Of a DNA stretch of 64,000 bases, positions 36,628 to 45,429 are shown piece by piece. The stretch is from Acidobacteriota bacterium (GTDB lineage: Bacteria; Acidobacteriota; UBA890; WLXD01), in the NCBI GenBank assembly GCA_965248695.1, contig CBDFKD010000002.1, positions 2,560,001 through 2,624,000 on the forward strand. Reading direction: 5' to 3'. Made by a program: the position numbers and the translations under genes. Within the stretch, counting starts at the first letter, position 1, and the number at the start of each line of letters is the position of its first letter. The notes below the pieces were generated by a model. The model ran no database searches. It was not told where the DNA came from and saw only the letters and a program-made list of their open reading frames with translations.

Positions 36628-38121
36628 GTGGTAGCTGACATCGGGCACGTGCACGACGTCGTCATCGTCGGCGGCGGACCGGCGGGATCGGCGGCGGGGC
36701 GATTGCTGGCGCTCTGGGGCTACGACGTCGTGCTCCTGACCCGCGGCCAGGACCCCGAGCGGAGCCTCGCGGTCTCGGTACCACCGAGTGCACGCAAGCT
36801 GCTGCGAGAGATCGGCGTGCTCGACGCGGTCGACGTCGCCGGATTCGTGCGCTCGACCGGCAACACGGTCTGGTGGGGTGGCGGTGAGCCGCGGTCCGAG
36901 CGTTTCGCCGGCGGCGAGACCGGCTACCAGGTGCGGCACGCCGAATTCGACCGCCTGCTCTTGGCCGCCGCCGAGACCGCAGGAACGACCGTTGTGCGCG
37001 ACGCGACGGTGGTCGACGTCGCCGTGGAACTCGAGCCTGCTTGCGCTCGCTATAGCACCGACACCGGCGAGCAAGAGGTCAGGGCCCGCTACGTGATCGA
37101 CGCGTCCGGGCGCCAGGGGGTCGTCGCACGAGCCCTGGAATGGCACGCAGAAACGGCCCCCTCGCGTACCGTGGCGCTCATCGGAACCTGGAGCCGCGAG
37201 ACACCGTGGGATCTCGCTGACGACACCCACACGCTGGTGGAGTCCTTCGCCGAAGGGTGGGCATGGTCGGTTCCCGTCGGCGCCGGACGACGCTATTTCA
37301 CCTGCATGCTCGATCCGGAGGTTTCGGAGCTGTCACGTGGCTCGATGCGCCAGCGCTATCTCGACGCACTGGGACGCACGACCGCCTTCAACCAACTGCT
37401 CGATGGCGCCGATCTCGAGGGGGAGCCCTGGGGTTGCGACGCCTCGTGGTACCGCGCCGAGCGCGTATGCGGCGATCGGTTCTTGCTGGTCGGTGACGCA
37501 GCGTCGTGCATCGATCCGCTGTCCTCGTTCGGGGTGAAGAAAGCCCTGGCGTCGGGCTGGCTGGCGGCGGTGGTGATCAACACCTGGGCGCAGGAGCCGA
37601 CGCTGCGAGAAGCGGCCTCGGCGCTGTTTGCCGATCGCGAGCGGCAGATGTACGACACCTTCCGTTCCCAGGCAGCGCGTTTCTTCGAGACGGTGGCGGA
37701 CGATCACCAGCATCCGTTCTGGACTGGTCGTGCTGGCGGCGCGGATCAGGAAACTCCGGAGGACGACATCGATACCCTCCGCCACGATGAGGCAGTGCTG
37801 AAGGCCTTCGAAGAGCTCCGAAACAGCCCGTCGATACAGCTGACTGCCGAAGCGGACGTACATGTAGTCAACCGACCCGCGATCGGCGATCGGCGCGTGG
37901 TGCTGGAGAAGCGTCTCGCAACACCGGCGCTTCCCGGTGGGCTGCGATTCTTGCGCGGCGTCGACGTGCCGCGCCTGATGGCGCTGGCTCCGGACAACCA
38001 GCAGGTACCGGACCTCTTCGCGGCCTACAACGAGCGCTGCGCACCGGTCCCCCTGCCTGACTTCATCGGTGCGGTATCGGTGCTTTTGGCCAAGGGCTTC
38101 CTTAGAAACGACGCAACGTGA
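36628..38121 (+). CDS. qhpG: QhpG-like FAD-dependent monooxygenase (CTQ biogenesis)
   Basis: GGGPAG, DASGR, GWAW and VGDAASCIDPLSSFGV motifs; stop overlaps the start of the qhpA frame; GTG start approximate. Confidence 0.78.
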   Translation: MVADIGHVHDVVIVGGGPAGSAAGRLLALWGYDVVLLTRGQDPERSLAVSVPPSARKLLREIGVLDAVDVAGFVRSTGNTVWWGGGEPRSERFAGGETGYQVRHAEFDRLLLAAAETAGTTVVRDATVVDVAVELEPACARYSTDTGEQEVRARYVIDASGRQGVVARALEWHAETAPSRTVALIGTWSRETPWDLADDTHTLVESFAEGWAWSVPVGAGRRYFTCMLDPEVSELSRGSMRQRYLDALGRTTAFNQLLDGADLEGEPWGCDASWYRAERVCGDRFLLVGDAASCIDPLSSFGVKKALASGWLAAVVINTWAQEPTLREAASALFADRERQMYDTFRSQAARFFETVADDHQHPFWTGRAGGADQETPEDDIDTLRHDEAVLKAFEELRNSPSIQLTAEADVHVVNRPAIGDRRVVLEKRLATPALPGGLRFLRGVDVPRLMALAPDNQQVPDLFAAYNERCAPVPLPDFIGAVSVLLAKGFLRNDAT

Positions 38122-38177
38122 TAGAACCCCACGGGCAGCCGCTCCCGCCCGGCATCCGCCGCTTGACTGAGGATTCG

Positions 38178-39923
38178 ATGATCAGAGGGACCGCTCTTCC
38201 GTCGGCTCGAATCCCGCTCCTGATCGCCTTTGTCGCCATCATCGGAGTCGGGATACCCGCGTTACCTGTCTCGACGTCCGCAGCACCGCTGCAATCGGAG
38301 AGCTCCGCGGACAGTGGAGACGACGACGACGCGGCCGGATTCCCGGTGACCGACAGCGCTACGGTGACCAACTGTGGCTCCTGCCACGCGGTGGACGAGG
38401 CGGGACGCATGACGCGAATCTCGTACATCCGCAAGTCACCGGAGGGGTGGCAGCAGACGCTCCGCCGCATGGTGATGCTCAACGGGGTCGAGCTCGACCC
38501 CGCCATGGCTCGCGACATCGTGCGCTATCTGTCCAACGACCATGGGCTCGCACCGGAAGAGGCCAAGCCCGGCGCCTTCGAGGCGGAACGGCGACTGATC
38601 GACCACGACTACACCGCCGACAAGGACACAGAGACGACCTGCATTCAGTGTCACTCCATGGGAAGGGTGATCACCGAGCGACGCACCGAGGAGGAGTGGG
38701 GGCTCCTCATGTCCATGCACCGTGGCTACTTCCCGTACGTCGATTTTCAGTCGTTCCGCAACACGGCGCGCTCTGGCCCAACCGACAGCAACCCCGACGC
38801 CCGGCATCCGATGGACAGGGCAATCGCGCATCTTTCCGAGGCTTTTCCGCTCGAGACCCCCGAATGGTCGGCGTGGTCGGCGAACCGACGCCCGGCGCGC
38901 CTCGCCGGTAGCTGGGCGGTGGCAGGACATTCTCCAGGGCGTGGCCCGGTGTACGGCACGGTCGAGGTGACCACCGTCAACGACAGCGACGACGAGTTCC
39001 GTACGCACGCCAACCTGATCAACCCACGCAGCGGCAACGAGACGCGGCGCAACGGGCGGGCGATCGTCTATACGGGATTTCAGTGGCGCGGCAGCTCGAG
39101 CGCTGAAGGCAGCACGGTAGGGGCGTTGCGCGAAGTCATGTTCGTCGAGCGCGACTGGCGCACGATCGAAGGCCGCTGGTTCACCGGCGCCTATGACGAG
39201 ATCGGCATCGACGTGACCCTGCACCGGGCCGATATCCCGCTGATCGCCGGGGTGTATCCGCAGGCGCTGCGCAACGATGCCGCCGCCCGCGAGGTGACGA
39301 TCTTCGGCGCCAACCTCCCATCCGGCCTGACCGCGGCGGATGTCGACCTCGGCCCCGGCGTCGAGGTCGACCGGTTGCTCGAGGCGAGTGACACCGTGAT
39401 TCGCGTTCTGGCCACTGCCGCCGCCGATGCCGCGATCGGCATTCGCGATGTGTTCGTCGGCGATATCGGGCGGACGGACGGCTTGGTCGTCTTCGACACC
39501 GTCGACTCGATCCGTGTGTCGCCGGACTGGAGCATGGCGCGCCTCGGAGGCGGGGTTGCACCGAAGGGGCTGGCCCAGTTCGAGGCATTCGGCACGTCCA
39601 ACGGCCCCGATGGCGAATCCGGGACGGACGACGACATCGACCTGGGGTTGGTGGAGGTCAACTGGAGCCTCGAGGAGTATTCGGCAACGTTCAACGACGA
39701 CGACCTGGCCTACGTCGGTAGCCTCGACGACAACGGCCTGTTCACGCCAGCGCTCGACGGGCCGAACCCCGAGCGCACTGGCGACCGTAACAACGTTGGT
39801 GACGTATGGGTGGTCGCGACTTATGGCGAGACGGACGGTGATCGACCACAACGCGGTCGGTCACACCTCGTTGTAACCGTGCCGCTTTACCTGAACTGGA
39901 GAGGATGGGAGCCCGGACAATGA
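38178..39923 (+). CDS. qhpA: Quinohemoprotein amine dehydrogenase alpha subunit (diheme)
   Basis: Signal peptide; CGSCH and CIQCH heme motifs; RISYIRKSPEGW, GPNPER and LVVTVP motifs. Confidence 0.93.
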   Translation: MIRGTALPSARIPLLIAFVAIIGVGIPALPVSTSAAPLQSESSADSGDDDDAAGFPVTDSATVTNCGSCHAVDEAGRMTRISYIRKSPEGWQQTLRRMVMLNGVELDPAMARDIVRYLSNDHGLAPEEAKPGAFEAERRLIDHDYTADKDTETTCIQCHSMGRVITERRTEEEWGLLMSMHRGYFPYVDFQSFRNTARSGPTDSNPDARHPMDRAIAHLSEAFPLETPEWSAWSANRRPARLAGSWAVAGHSPGRGPVYGTVEVTTVNDSDDEFRTHANLINPRSGNETRRNGRAIVYTGFQWRGSSSAEGSTVGALREVMFVERDWRTIEGRWFTGAYDEIGIDVTLHRADIPLIAGVYPQALRNDAAAREVTIFGANLPSGLTAADVDLGPGVEVDRLLEASDTVIRVLATAAADAAIGIRDVFVGDIGRTDGLVVFDTVDSIRVSPDWSMARLGGGVAPKGLAQFEAFGTSNGPDGESGTDDDIDLGLVEVNWSLEEYSATFNDDDLAYVGSLDDNGLFTPALDGPNPERTGDRNNVGDVWVVATYGETDGDRPQRGRSHLVVTVPLYLNWRGWEPGQ

Positions 39924-41371
39924 GCGTACGCAGTGAAGTCGCGTTGTCGATAGGTGAGTACCACTCTTTCGAAGCCGCCGGCCGCCAGTTCCTGTATATG
40001 GTTCCCAGCGCCGCGGTATTCGGCCTCGACGAGACTGCAGCCGCAGTGCTGGCGCGTCTTGACGAGCAACCCATGGCGGCTTCCCAGCTGGTAGAAGACC
40101 TCGCCGACCGCTTCGCCCCGGAAGCCGTCTACCACAGCGTCAACGAGCTCATGCAGGTGCGCGCGGTGGGCGAGTCGGACGCGGTCCCGCAGCCGTTGCC
40201 GCGGCAGATGCCACCGACGCCGTTCCCGCTGACCACGCTGGTGCTCAACGTTACCAACCAGTGCAACCTCAGCTGTGGCTACTGCTACGAGTACAGCGAC
40301 GACAAGATCGTCGACACCGAGAACGGCCGCCAGCCCAAGTTCATGAGCGAGGAGACGGCGCGCCAGAGCGTCGACTTCATGCTCGAGGAGTCGGCCGGGA
40401 TCGAGACCGTCCACCTGACGTTCTTCGGCGGAGAGACGCTGATGAACTTCCCGGTCCTCGCGGAGACGGTCGGGTACGCGCGCCAGCGTGCCGACGAGCT
40501 CGGCAAGGGCATCGAGTTCAGCCTGACGACCAACGCCACCTTGCTGCGCCCGGACATCATCGAGTGGCTCGCCGAAAACGAGATCGGCGTCACCGTGTCG
40601 ATCGACGGTCCCAAGGAGATGCAGGACCAACTTCGCGTCTTCAAGGGCACCGGCGGCGGCACGTACGACATCGTGGTTCCGAAGGTGCGTGAGCTACTGA
40701 AGCGTCACACCACCCGACCAATCGGCGCTCGGGTCACGCTGACCAAGAACGTCCTCGACGTGAAGCGCATCTACCAGCACCTGCGCGAGGAGATCGGCTT
40801 CTGGGAGGTCGGGTTCGCCCCGGTCACCACTTCCTGGGGCCGCGACTGGGCCATAGGCGACGACGGCTTCGACCTGATGCTCTCGGGTTTCAACGAGCTC
40901 GCCGAGGAGTTTCTCGAGGCAGCGCTACAGAACCGTCACCATGGCTTCTCCAACGTCAAGGACACGATCGAGGAGATCCACAAGGGTGTGAGCAAAGCCT
41001 ATCCCTGTGGCGCTGGCCTCGGGCTGCTCGGCGTCGCCACCGGTGGCGACGTGGCGCTGTGCCATCGTTTCGCCGGCTCCGACGAACACAAGCTCGGCAC
41101 GGTGAGCGACGGCATCGATCGCAGCGGCCAGCTGCACTTCCTCCAGACCCATCACGTCGACGACAAGACCGACTGCCAGAAGTGCTGGGCGCGGCCCCTC
41201 TGTGCTGGGGGCTGCTACCACGAGGCCCACACTCGCTACGGCACCACCCGCGGACCGAACCTGCACTATTGCGAGTGGATTCGCGCCTGGACCGACACCT
41301 GTTTGCGCGTCTATGGTGAAATAGCCGAGCACAATCCCGGCTACCTCGCCATCTTCGAAGGTAGGGACTAA
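39920..41371 (+). CDS. qhpD: Radical SAM/SPASM thioether-forming maturase
   Basis: CNLSCGYC; FFGGE; SPASM Cys cluster CGAG..CH..CQKC..C..GC..C; ATGA overlap with qhpA. Confidence 0.95.
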   Translation: MSVRSEVALSIGEYHSFEAAGRQFLYMVPSAAVFGLDETAAAVLARLDEQPMAASQLVEDLADRFAPEAVYHSVNELMQVRAVGESDAVPQPLPRQMPPTPFPLTTLVLNVTNQCNLSCGYCYEYSDDKIVDTENGRQPKFMSEETARQSVDFMLEESAGIETVHLTFFGGETLMNFPVLAETVGYARQRADELGKGIEFSLTTNATLLRPDIIEWLAENEIGVTVSIDGPKEMQDQLRVFKGTGGGTYDIVVPKVRELLKRHTTRPIGARVTLTKNVLDVKRIYQHLREEIGFWEVGFAPVTTSWGRDWAIGDDGFDLMLSGFNELAEEFLEAALQNRHHGFSNVKDTIEEIHKGVSKAYPCGAGLGLLGVATGGDVALCHRFAGSDEHKLGTVSDGIDRSGQLHFLQTHHVDDKTDCQKCWARPLCAGGCYHEAHTRYGTTRGPNLHYCEWIRAWTDTCLRVYGEIAEHNPGYLAIFEGRD

Positions 41372-41721
41372 TGAAGCATCTGAAACCAGTCAACCAGAAG
41401 GCGGGACGGATCGAGCACCATCTGGCGCGCGACGTGGTGGCGCTGAGTGATCCGCAGGAGGGTCAGGGGGTTCCGCAGCAGCCCGACGAGCCACATATCC
41501 CGCTCGGATGCTCGCTGGTGTTCCAGCCCGGATGGGAGGTTGACCGCAGCGGCGGTACCGCCGGCCTGTGCGCACCGGTGGAGCGTGACCTGTTCGATTG
41601 CTACCTGGGCTGCTTCTGGCCGGCGCAGGTTCCCGATCAGCTCAACTACACGCCCGACTGGACAAAGACCTGCGCCGCAGCCCAGAAGGACTGGCGCAAG
41701 ATCGACCTGATCTTCCCGTGA
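41371..41721 (+). CDS. qhpC: Quinohemoprotein amine dehydrogenase gamma subunit precursor (CTQ-bearing)
   Basis: Leader MKHLKPVNQKA...DVVAL; PGWEVD, CFWPAQVPD and DWRK motifs; C47-E56, C67-D73, C77-W83 and C81-D89 match the canonical spacing. Confidence 0.96.
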   Translation: MKHLKPVNQKAGRIEHHLARDVVALSDPQEGQGVPQQPDEPHIPLGCSLVFQPGWEVDRSGGTAGLCAPVERDLFDCYLGCFWPAQVPDQLNYTPDWTKTCAAAQKDWRKIDLIFP

Positions 41722-42854
41722 GCTCGGTCAGGGATCGTATCGCCGGCGTGGGTCGGTCAGGCTTGATGGTGTCGTGCACCGTGGCGCTGGTAGTACTGCT
41801 CGGCGGTGCGGCCGCGCCGCAGCAACCGAGCGGCGGCGACGCCACGATGTACGTCGGCACCTATGACCATGCGATCACGATCATCGACGAGTCCACGATG
41901 TCGGTGACCGGCAAGATCGCGGCCACGGCCGGGATCCCGCGCAACATGCAGCTGACACGCGACAACGAGCGGCTCTACTCCACCAGTGCGGATTTCGAGT
42001 ACATCGAGATCTTCGACGTCGCCAGCGGCGAATCGATCGACGTCCACCACCTGAGCCACGACACCTCGAAGGTGCGGATCTGGCAGGTCGCCATCCACCC
42101 CAGCGAGGAGTACCTGATTCTCCATACCAGCACCGACACCAAGCTCATCGACCGCTTCGAGATCGGACCGCCGGTGCTGCAGCAATACAACCTCGAAACT
42201 CGCGAGGTGGTGCGCGACATCCCATGGCCGGACGGCGAGGAGCGCGAGTTCAGCCAGATGATGTTCTCGCCCGATGGCGACCTGCTCTACGTCATGGGCG
42301 AGGAAGTGATGATCCTCGAGACGGAGAACTTCGAGCAGGTCGATACCTGGGACATGTCGCGTCCTATGGAAACCGGCATGGGGCTGCTGAACTTCGGCAT
42401 CAGCCGCAACATCTATGACGATCCCGGGTTCTTCACCGGGCTTTTCCGCACCACCGACCCGATCAATGGCCGCCGCATGATGGGCGTGGCGCGGGTCAAC
42501 CTGCCCGAGAAGAGCGTCGACTTCTACACCCTGGGTCCCTCGATGGGCGTGAGCTTCTCACTGGCGCCGGGAGCGAAGAAGGCATATGGCCTCCTTCAGG
42601 ACATCGGCCACTACGAGTTCTGGACCTTCGACCTGGAAGGACGGCAGGTAGAGAACCGCCAGACTTTCGATGGGCGACCGCGAATGCGCGTGAAGCCAAG
42701 CTCCAACGGCGAGCTGCTTTACGTCTTCAATGCCGGCAACACCGTCGACGTCTACACCGCCGCCGATTACACCTTCCTGTACACGCTGGCCCTGGACGGC
42801 GACACGACGACTGATCTGATCGTCATTCCGTCCGCCGGCGCCGGGCGCCCCTGA
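41718..42854 (+). CDS. qhpB: Quinohemoprotein amine dehydrogenase beta subunit (beta-propeller)
   Basis: GTGA overlap with the qhpC stop; signal peptide; propeller repeats (FSPDGDLLY, PSSNGELLY); operon position. Confidence 0.8.
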   Translation: MSSVRDRIAGVGRSGLMVSCTVALVVLLGGAAAPQQPSGGDATMYVGTYDHAITIIDESTMSVTGKIAATAGIPRNMQLTRDNERLYSTSADFEYIEIFDVASGESIDVHHLSHDTSKVRIWQVAIHPSEEYLILHTSTDTKLIDRFEIGPPVLQQYNLETREVVRDIPWPDGEEREFSQMMFSPDGDLLYVMGEEVMILETENFEQVDTWDMSRPMETGMGLLNFGISRNIYDDPGFFTGLFRTTDPINGRRMMGVARVNLPEKSVDFYTLGPSMGVSFSLAPGAKKAYGLLQDIGHYEFWTFDLEGRQVENRQTFDGRPRMRVKPSSNGELLYVFNAGNTVDVYTAADYTFLYTLALDGDTTTDLIVIPSAGAGRP

Positions 42855-42870
42855 GCCCAGCGTCCTCGAC

Positions 42871-44667
42871 ATGAGCGCCCGGGCAGCGCGCGGCGGTGAC
42901 CTGCGCTGGGCGCTGGCCTACGTGCTGCCCTACTGGCACCGCCTGGCGCTGGTCATCGGGCTGAGCTTCGTCAGCACCCTGCTGTCGCTTTACCTACCGT
43001 ACCTGTCCAAGGAGCTGGTCGACGACGCCCTCCTGGGACAGAACATGGGCGCGTTGGTGCGCATCATCGGCCTGTTCACCGTCGTCACGCTGCTGAGCTT
43101 CGCGATCAACGTCACCAGCGGGCTGCGCTACACGCGCGTGTCGGCCGAGATCCTCTTCGACATGCGGCTCGACATCTACCGCCACCTGCAGCGGTTGTCG
43201 CCGCGCTACTACGCCCACGCACGGCTCGGCGACATCGTGTCGCGCATCAACAACGACATCGGTGAGATCCAGCGTATCGCCGCCGAGACGGCGCTCGCGT
43301 GGGTCGGCAACGTGCTTTTCCTGGTCGGCACGGTGGGGGTGATGATCTGGCTGGACGCCCGGCTGTTCGCGGTCAGCGTGGCGCTGATGCCGATCAGCAT
43401 GGTGGCGCTGGTGTACTACCGGCGGCGACTCGAGACGAGAGTGCAGACGATGCGCGAGCGCAGCGCCGACATCGGCAGCTTTCTGATCGAGACGCTGCAG
43501 GGCATGAAGCTCATCGTCTCGTCCAACGCACAGTCACGCGAGGAGGGCCGTTTCCGTGGCAAGAACGATGCCTTCATCGAAGCGCTCATGGGCATGCGGC
43601 GGCTCAGCTACCTGGCCGGAGGCCTGCCGGGTCTGATCCTCTCGGCGGGCACCGCGGTCGTCTTCCTGTACGGCGGCAGCAGGGTCATCTCCGGGGCCAT
43701 CACGATGGGCGATCTGGTCGCCTTCATGGCGTATCAGATGCTCCTTCTGTCGCCGGTACAGGGCTTGATGGGGCTGTACACGAACCTCGCCACGGCGCGC
43801 GTATCGCTGGGTCGCGTTCACGAGATCCTCGACACTCCGATAGAGGTGACCGAGCGCGACGACGCCGTCGCCCTTGAGGAAGCACGCGGCGAGGTGGACC
43901 TCGACGCCGTGAGCTTCACTTTCGACCGCGGCGCCGCGGTTCTCGACGACGTTACCCTGGCGGTGCGCCCAGGCGAGGTGGTGGCAATCGTCGGACCCAG
44001 TGGTGGGGGCAAATCGACCGTCGTCGATCTGCTGCTCCGTCATCTCGATCCGAACGACGGAGAAGTTCGTCTCGACGGGCACCGTCTCCCCGACCTGCGA
44101 CTCGACGACGTACGGCGCCATGTCGTGGCCGTCGAGCAGGAGCCGTTCGTGTTCAACACCACCATCGCCGAGAACATCCGCTACGCGCGGCCGGGCGCCA
44201 GCGATGATCAGGTGCATGCGGCAGCCTCGTCGGCGGGCATTGCCGGCTTCATCGAGGGCCTGCCCGACGGCTATCAAACTGTCGTCGGCGAGCGCGGCAT
44301 GGCCGTCTCGGCGGGCGAGCGCCAGCGCATCGCCATCGCGCGCGCGTTCCTCGCTGATCCCGCCGTGCTGGTGCTTGACGAGGCCACCGCGTCGCTCGAC
44401 CCGGTCTCCGAGCGTCATGTCATCGACAGCTACGAGGCCATCATGCGCGGACGAACGACGTTGCTGATCTCGCATCGTTACGAGATGGCACGACGCGCCG
44501 ACCGCGTGGTGGTGATCGATGGTGCGCGCATCGTCGAGCAAGGCACCCCCGAGGCGCTCGCGACCGCATCGGGACCCTTCGCGGCGCTGTTTGCCAGCGA
44601 CGTGGCCCGCGCGGCGTCCGGCAGCGGCGACGATCTTGCCCAGGCAGACGGCCGGACGCGGGCGTGA
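42871..44667 (+). CDS. qhpF: ABC exporter (fused TMD-NBD), QhpF-like
   Basis: TM domain plus GPSGGGKS, VSAGERQR and VLDE motifs; located inside the qhp operon. Confidence 0.8.
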   Translation: MSARAARGGDLRWALAYVLPYWHRLALVIGLSFVSTLLSLYLPYLSKELVDDALLGQNMGALVRIIGLFTVVTLLSFAINVTSGLRYTRVSAEILFDMRLDIYRHLQRLSPRYYAHARLGDIVSRINNDIGEIQRIAAETALAWVGNVLFLVGTVGVMIWLDARLFAVSVALMPISMVALVYYRRRLETRVQTMRERSADIGSFLIETLQGMKLIVSSNAQSREEGRFRGKNDAFIEALMGMRRLSYLAGGLPGLILSAGTAVVFLYGGSRVISGAITMGDLVAFMAYQMLLLSPVQGLMGLYTNLATARVSLGRVHEILDTPIEVTERDDAVALEEARGEVDLDAVSFTFDRGAAVLDDVTLAVRPGEVVAIVGPSGGGKSTVVDLLLRHLDPNDGEVRLDGHRLPDLRLDDVRRHVVAVEQEPFVFNTTIAENIRYARPGASDDQVHAAASSAGIAGFIEGLPDGYQTVVGERGMAVSAGERQRIAIARAFLADPAVLVLDEATASLDPVSERHVIDSYEAIMRGRTTLLISHRYEMARRADRVVVIDGARIVEQGTPEALATASGPFAALFASDVARAASGSGDDLAQADGRTRA

Positions 44668-45362
44668 GGCTCCGACTCGACGAGGCGCCGTTCGACGGCG
44701 ACGGAAGCGGCGTAGACGTAGCGATCATCGACAGTGGCATCAACACGGACAATCCTCACATCACCGCCTACGCCACCGGCGTGGCGATCGATCGCAACGG
44801 CGGCGAGCACGACGACGTCCTCGACCGCCTTGGTCATGGAACCGCGGTCACCGCGGCGATCCACGAGAAGGCGCCCGGCGCACAGCTTCATGTCGTGCGC
44901 GTGTTCGAGACATCGCTGACGACCAGCGCCGCCAACCTGGCGCGAGGAATCGACTGGGCGGCCGGGCGGAGGCTGCAGCTGGCCAACCTCAGCCTCGGCA
45001 CGCCCCGGCGCGAGCACGCCGAGCTGCTGCGCGACGCCGTGCTACGCGCCCGCACGGCCGGGGTGCTGGTGGTCTCGGCCCGCAGCCATCGCGCCATGCG
45101 CTGGTGGCCGGGGACGCTGACCGAAGTTGTCGGCGTCGTGGCTGACGATACGTGCGACCGTGACGAGATCATCGTCGACCGTCCCACGTCTGGTGGCGGG
45201 CTGACGCTGCGCGCGTCGCCGTTGCCGCGCCCGATTCCCGGCGTTGCGCCGGAGCGGAACGTGCGGGGCATCAGCTTCGCGGTGGCCAACGCAACGGGGT
45301 TCCTTGCCCGCGCGCTAGCGTCGCCAACCGGCAAGGAGTGGGTGCTCGAAGCGTTCGACTAA
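44664..45362 (+). CDS. qhpE: Short subtilisin-like leader peptidase, QhpE-like
   Basis: VAIIDSG (Asp), HGT (His) and GISFA (Ser); 232 aa with no signal or propeptide; GTGA overlap. Confidence 0.85.
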   Translation: MRLRLDEAPFDGDGSGVDVAIIDSGINTDNPHITAYATGVAIDRNGGEHDDVLDRLGHGTAVTAAIHEKAPGAQLHVVRVFETSLTTSAANLARGIDWAAGRRLQLANLSLGTPRREHAELLRDAVLRARTAGVLVVSARSHRAMRWWPGTLTEVVGVVADDTCDRDEIIVDRPTSGGGLTLRASPLPRPIPGVAPERNVRGISFAVANATGFLARALASPTGKEWVLEAFD

Positions 45363-45429
45363 GCGAGCAATCCATCGCCTGCCGACTGCGCCGCTGCGGC
45401 GAACGGACGCCGAAGCGCCTACTGCCGGG

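Noticed and set aside
36628-38121. Tryptophan halogenase interpretation of the flavoprotein
   Set aside because: Same fold family, but its position at the head of the qhp genes fits QhpG better.
39920-45362. Novel antibiotic RiPP cluster (radical SAM + peptide + ABC + protease)
   Set aside because: The peptide carries the full QhpC signature and is flanked by alpha and beta subunit genes; this is enzyme-cofactor maturation.
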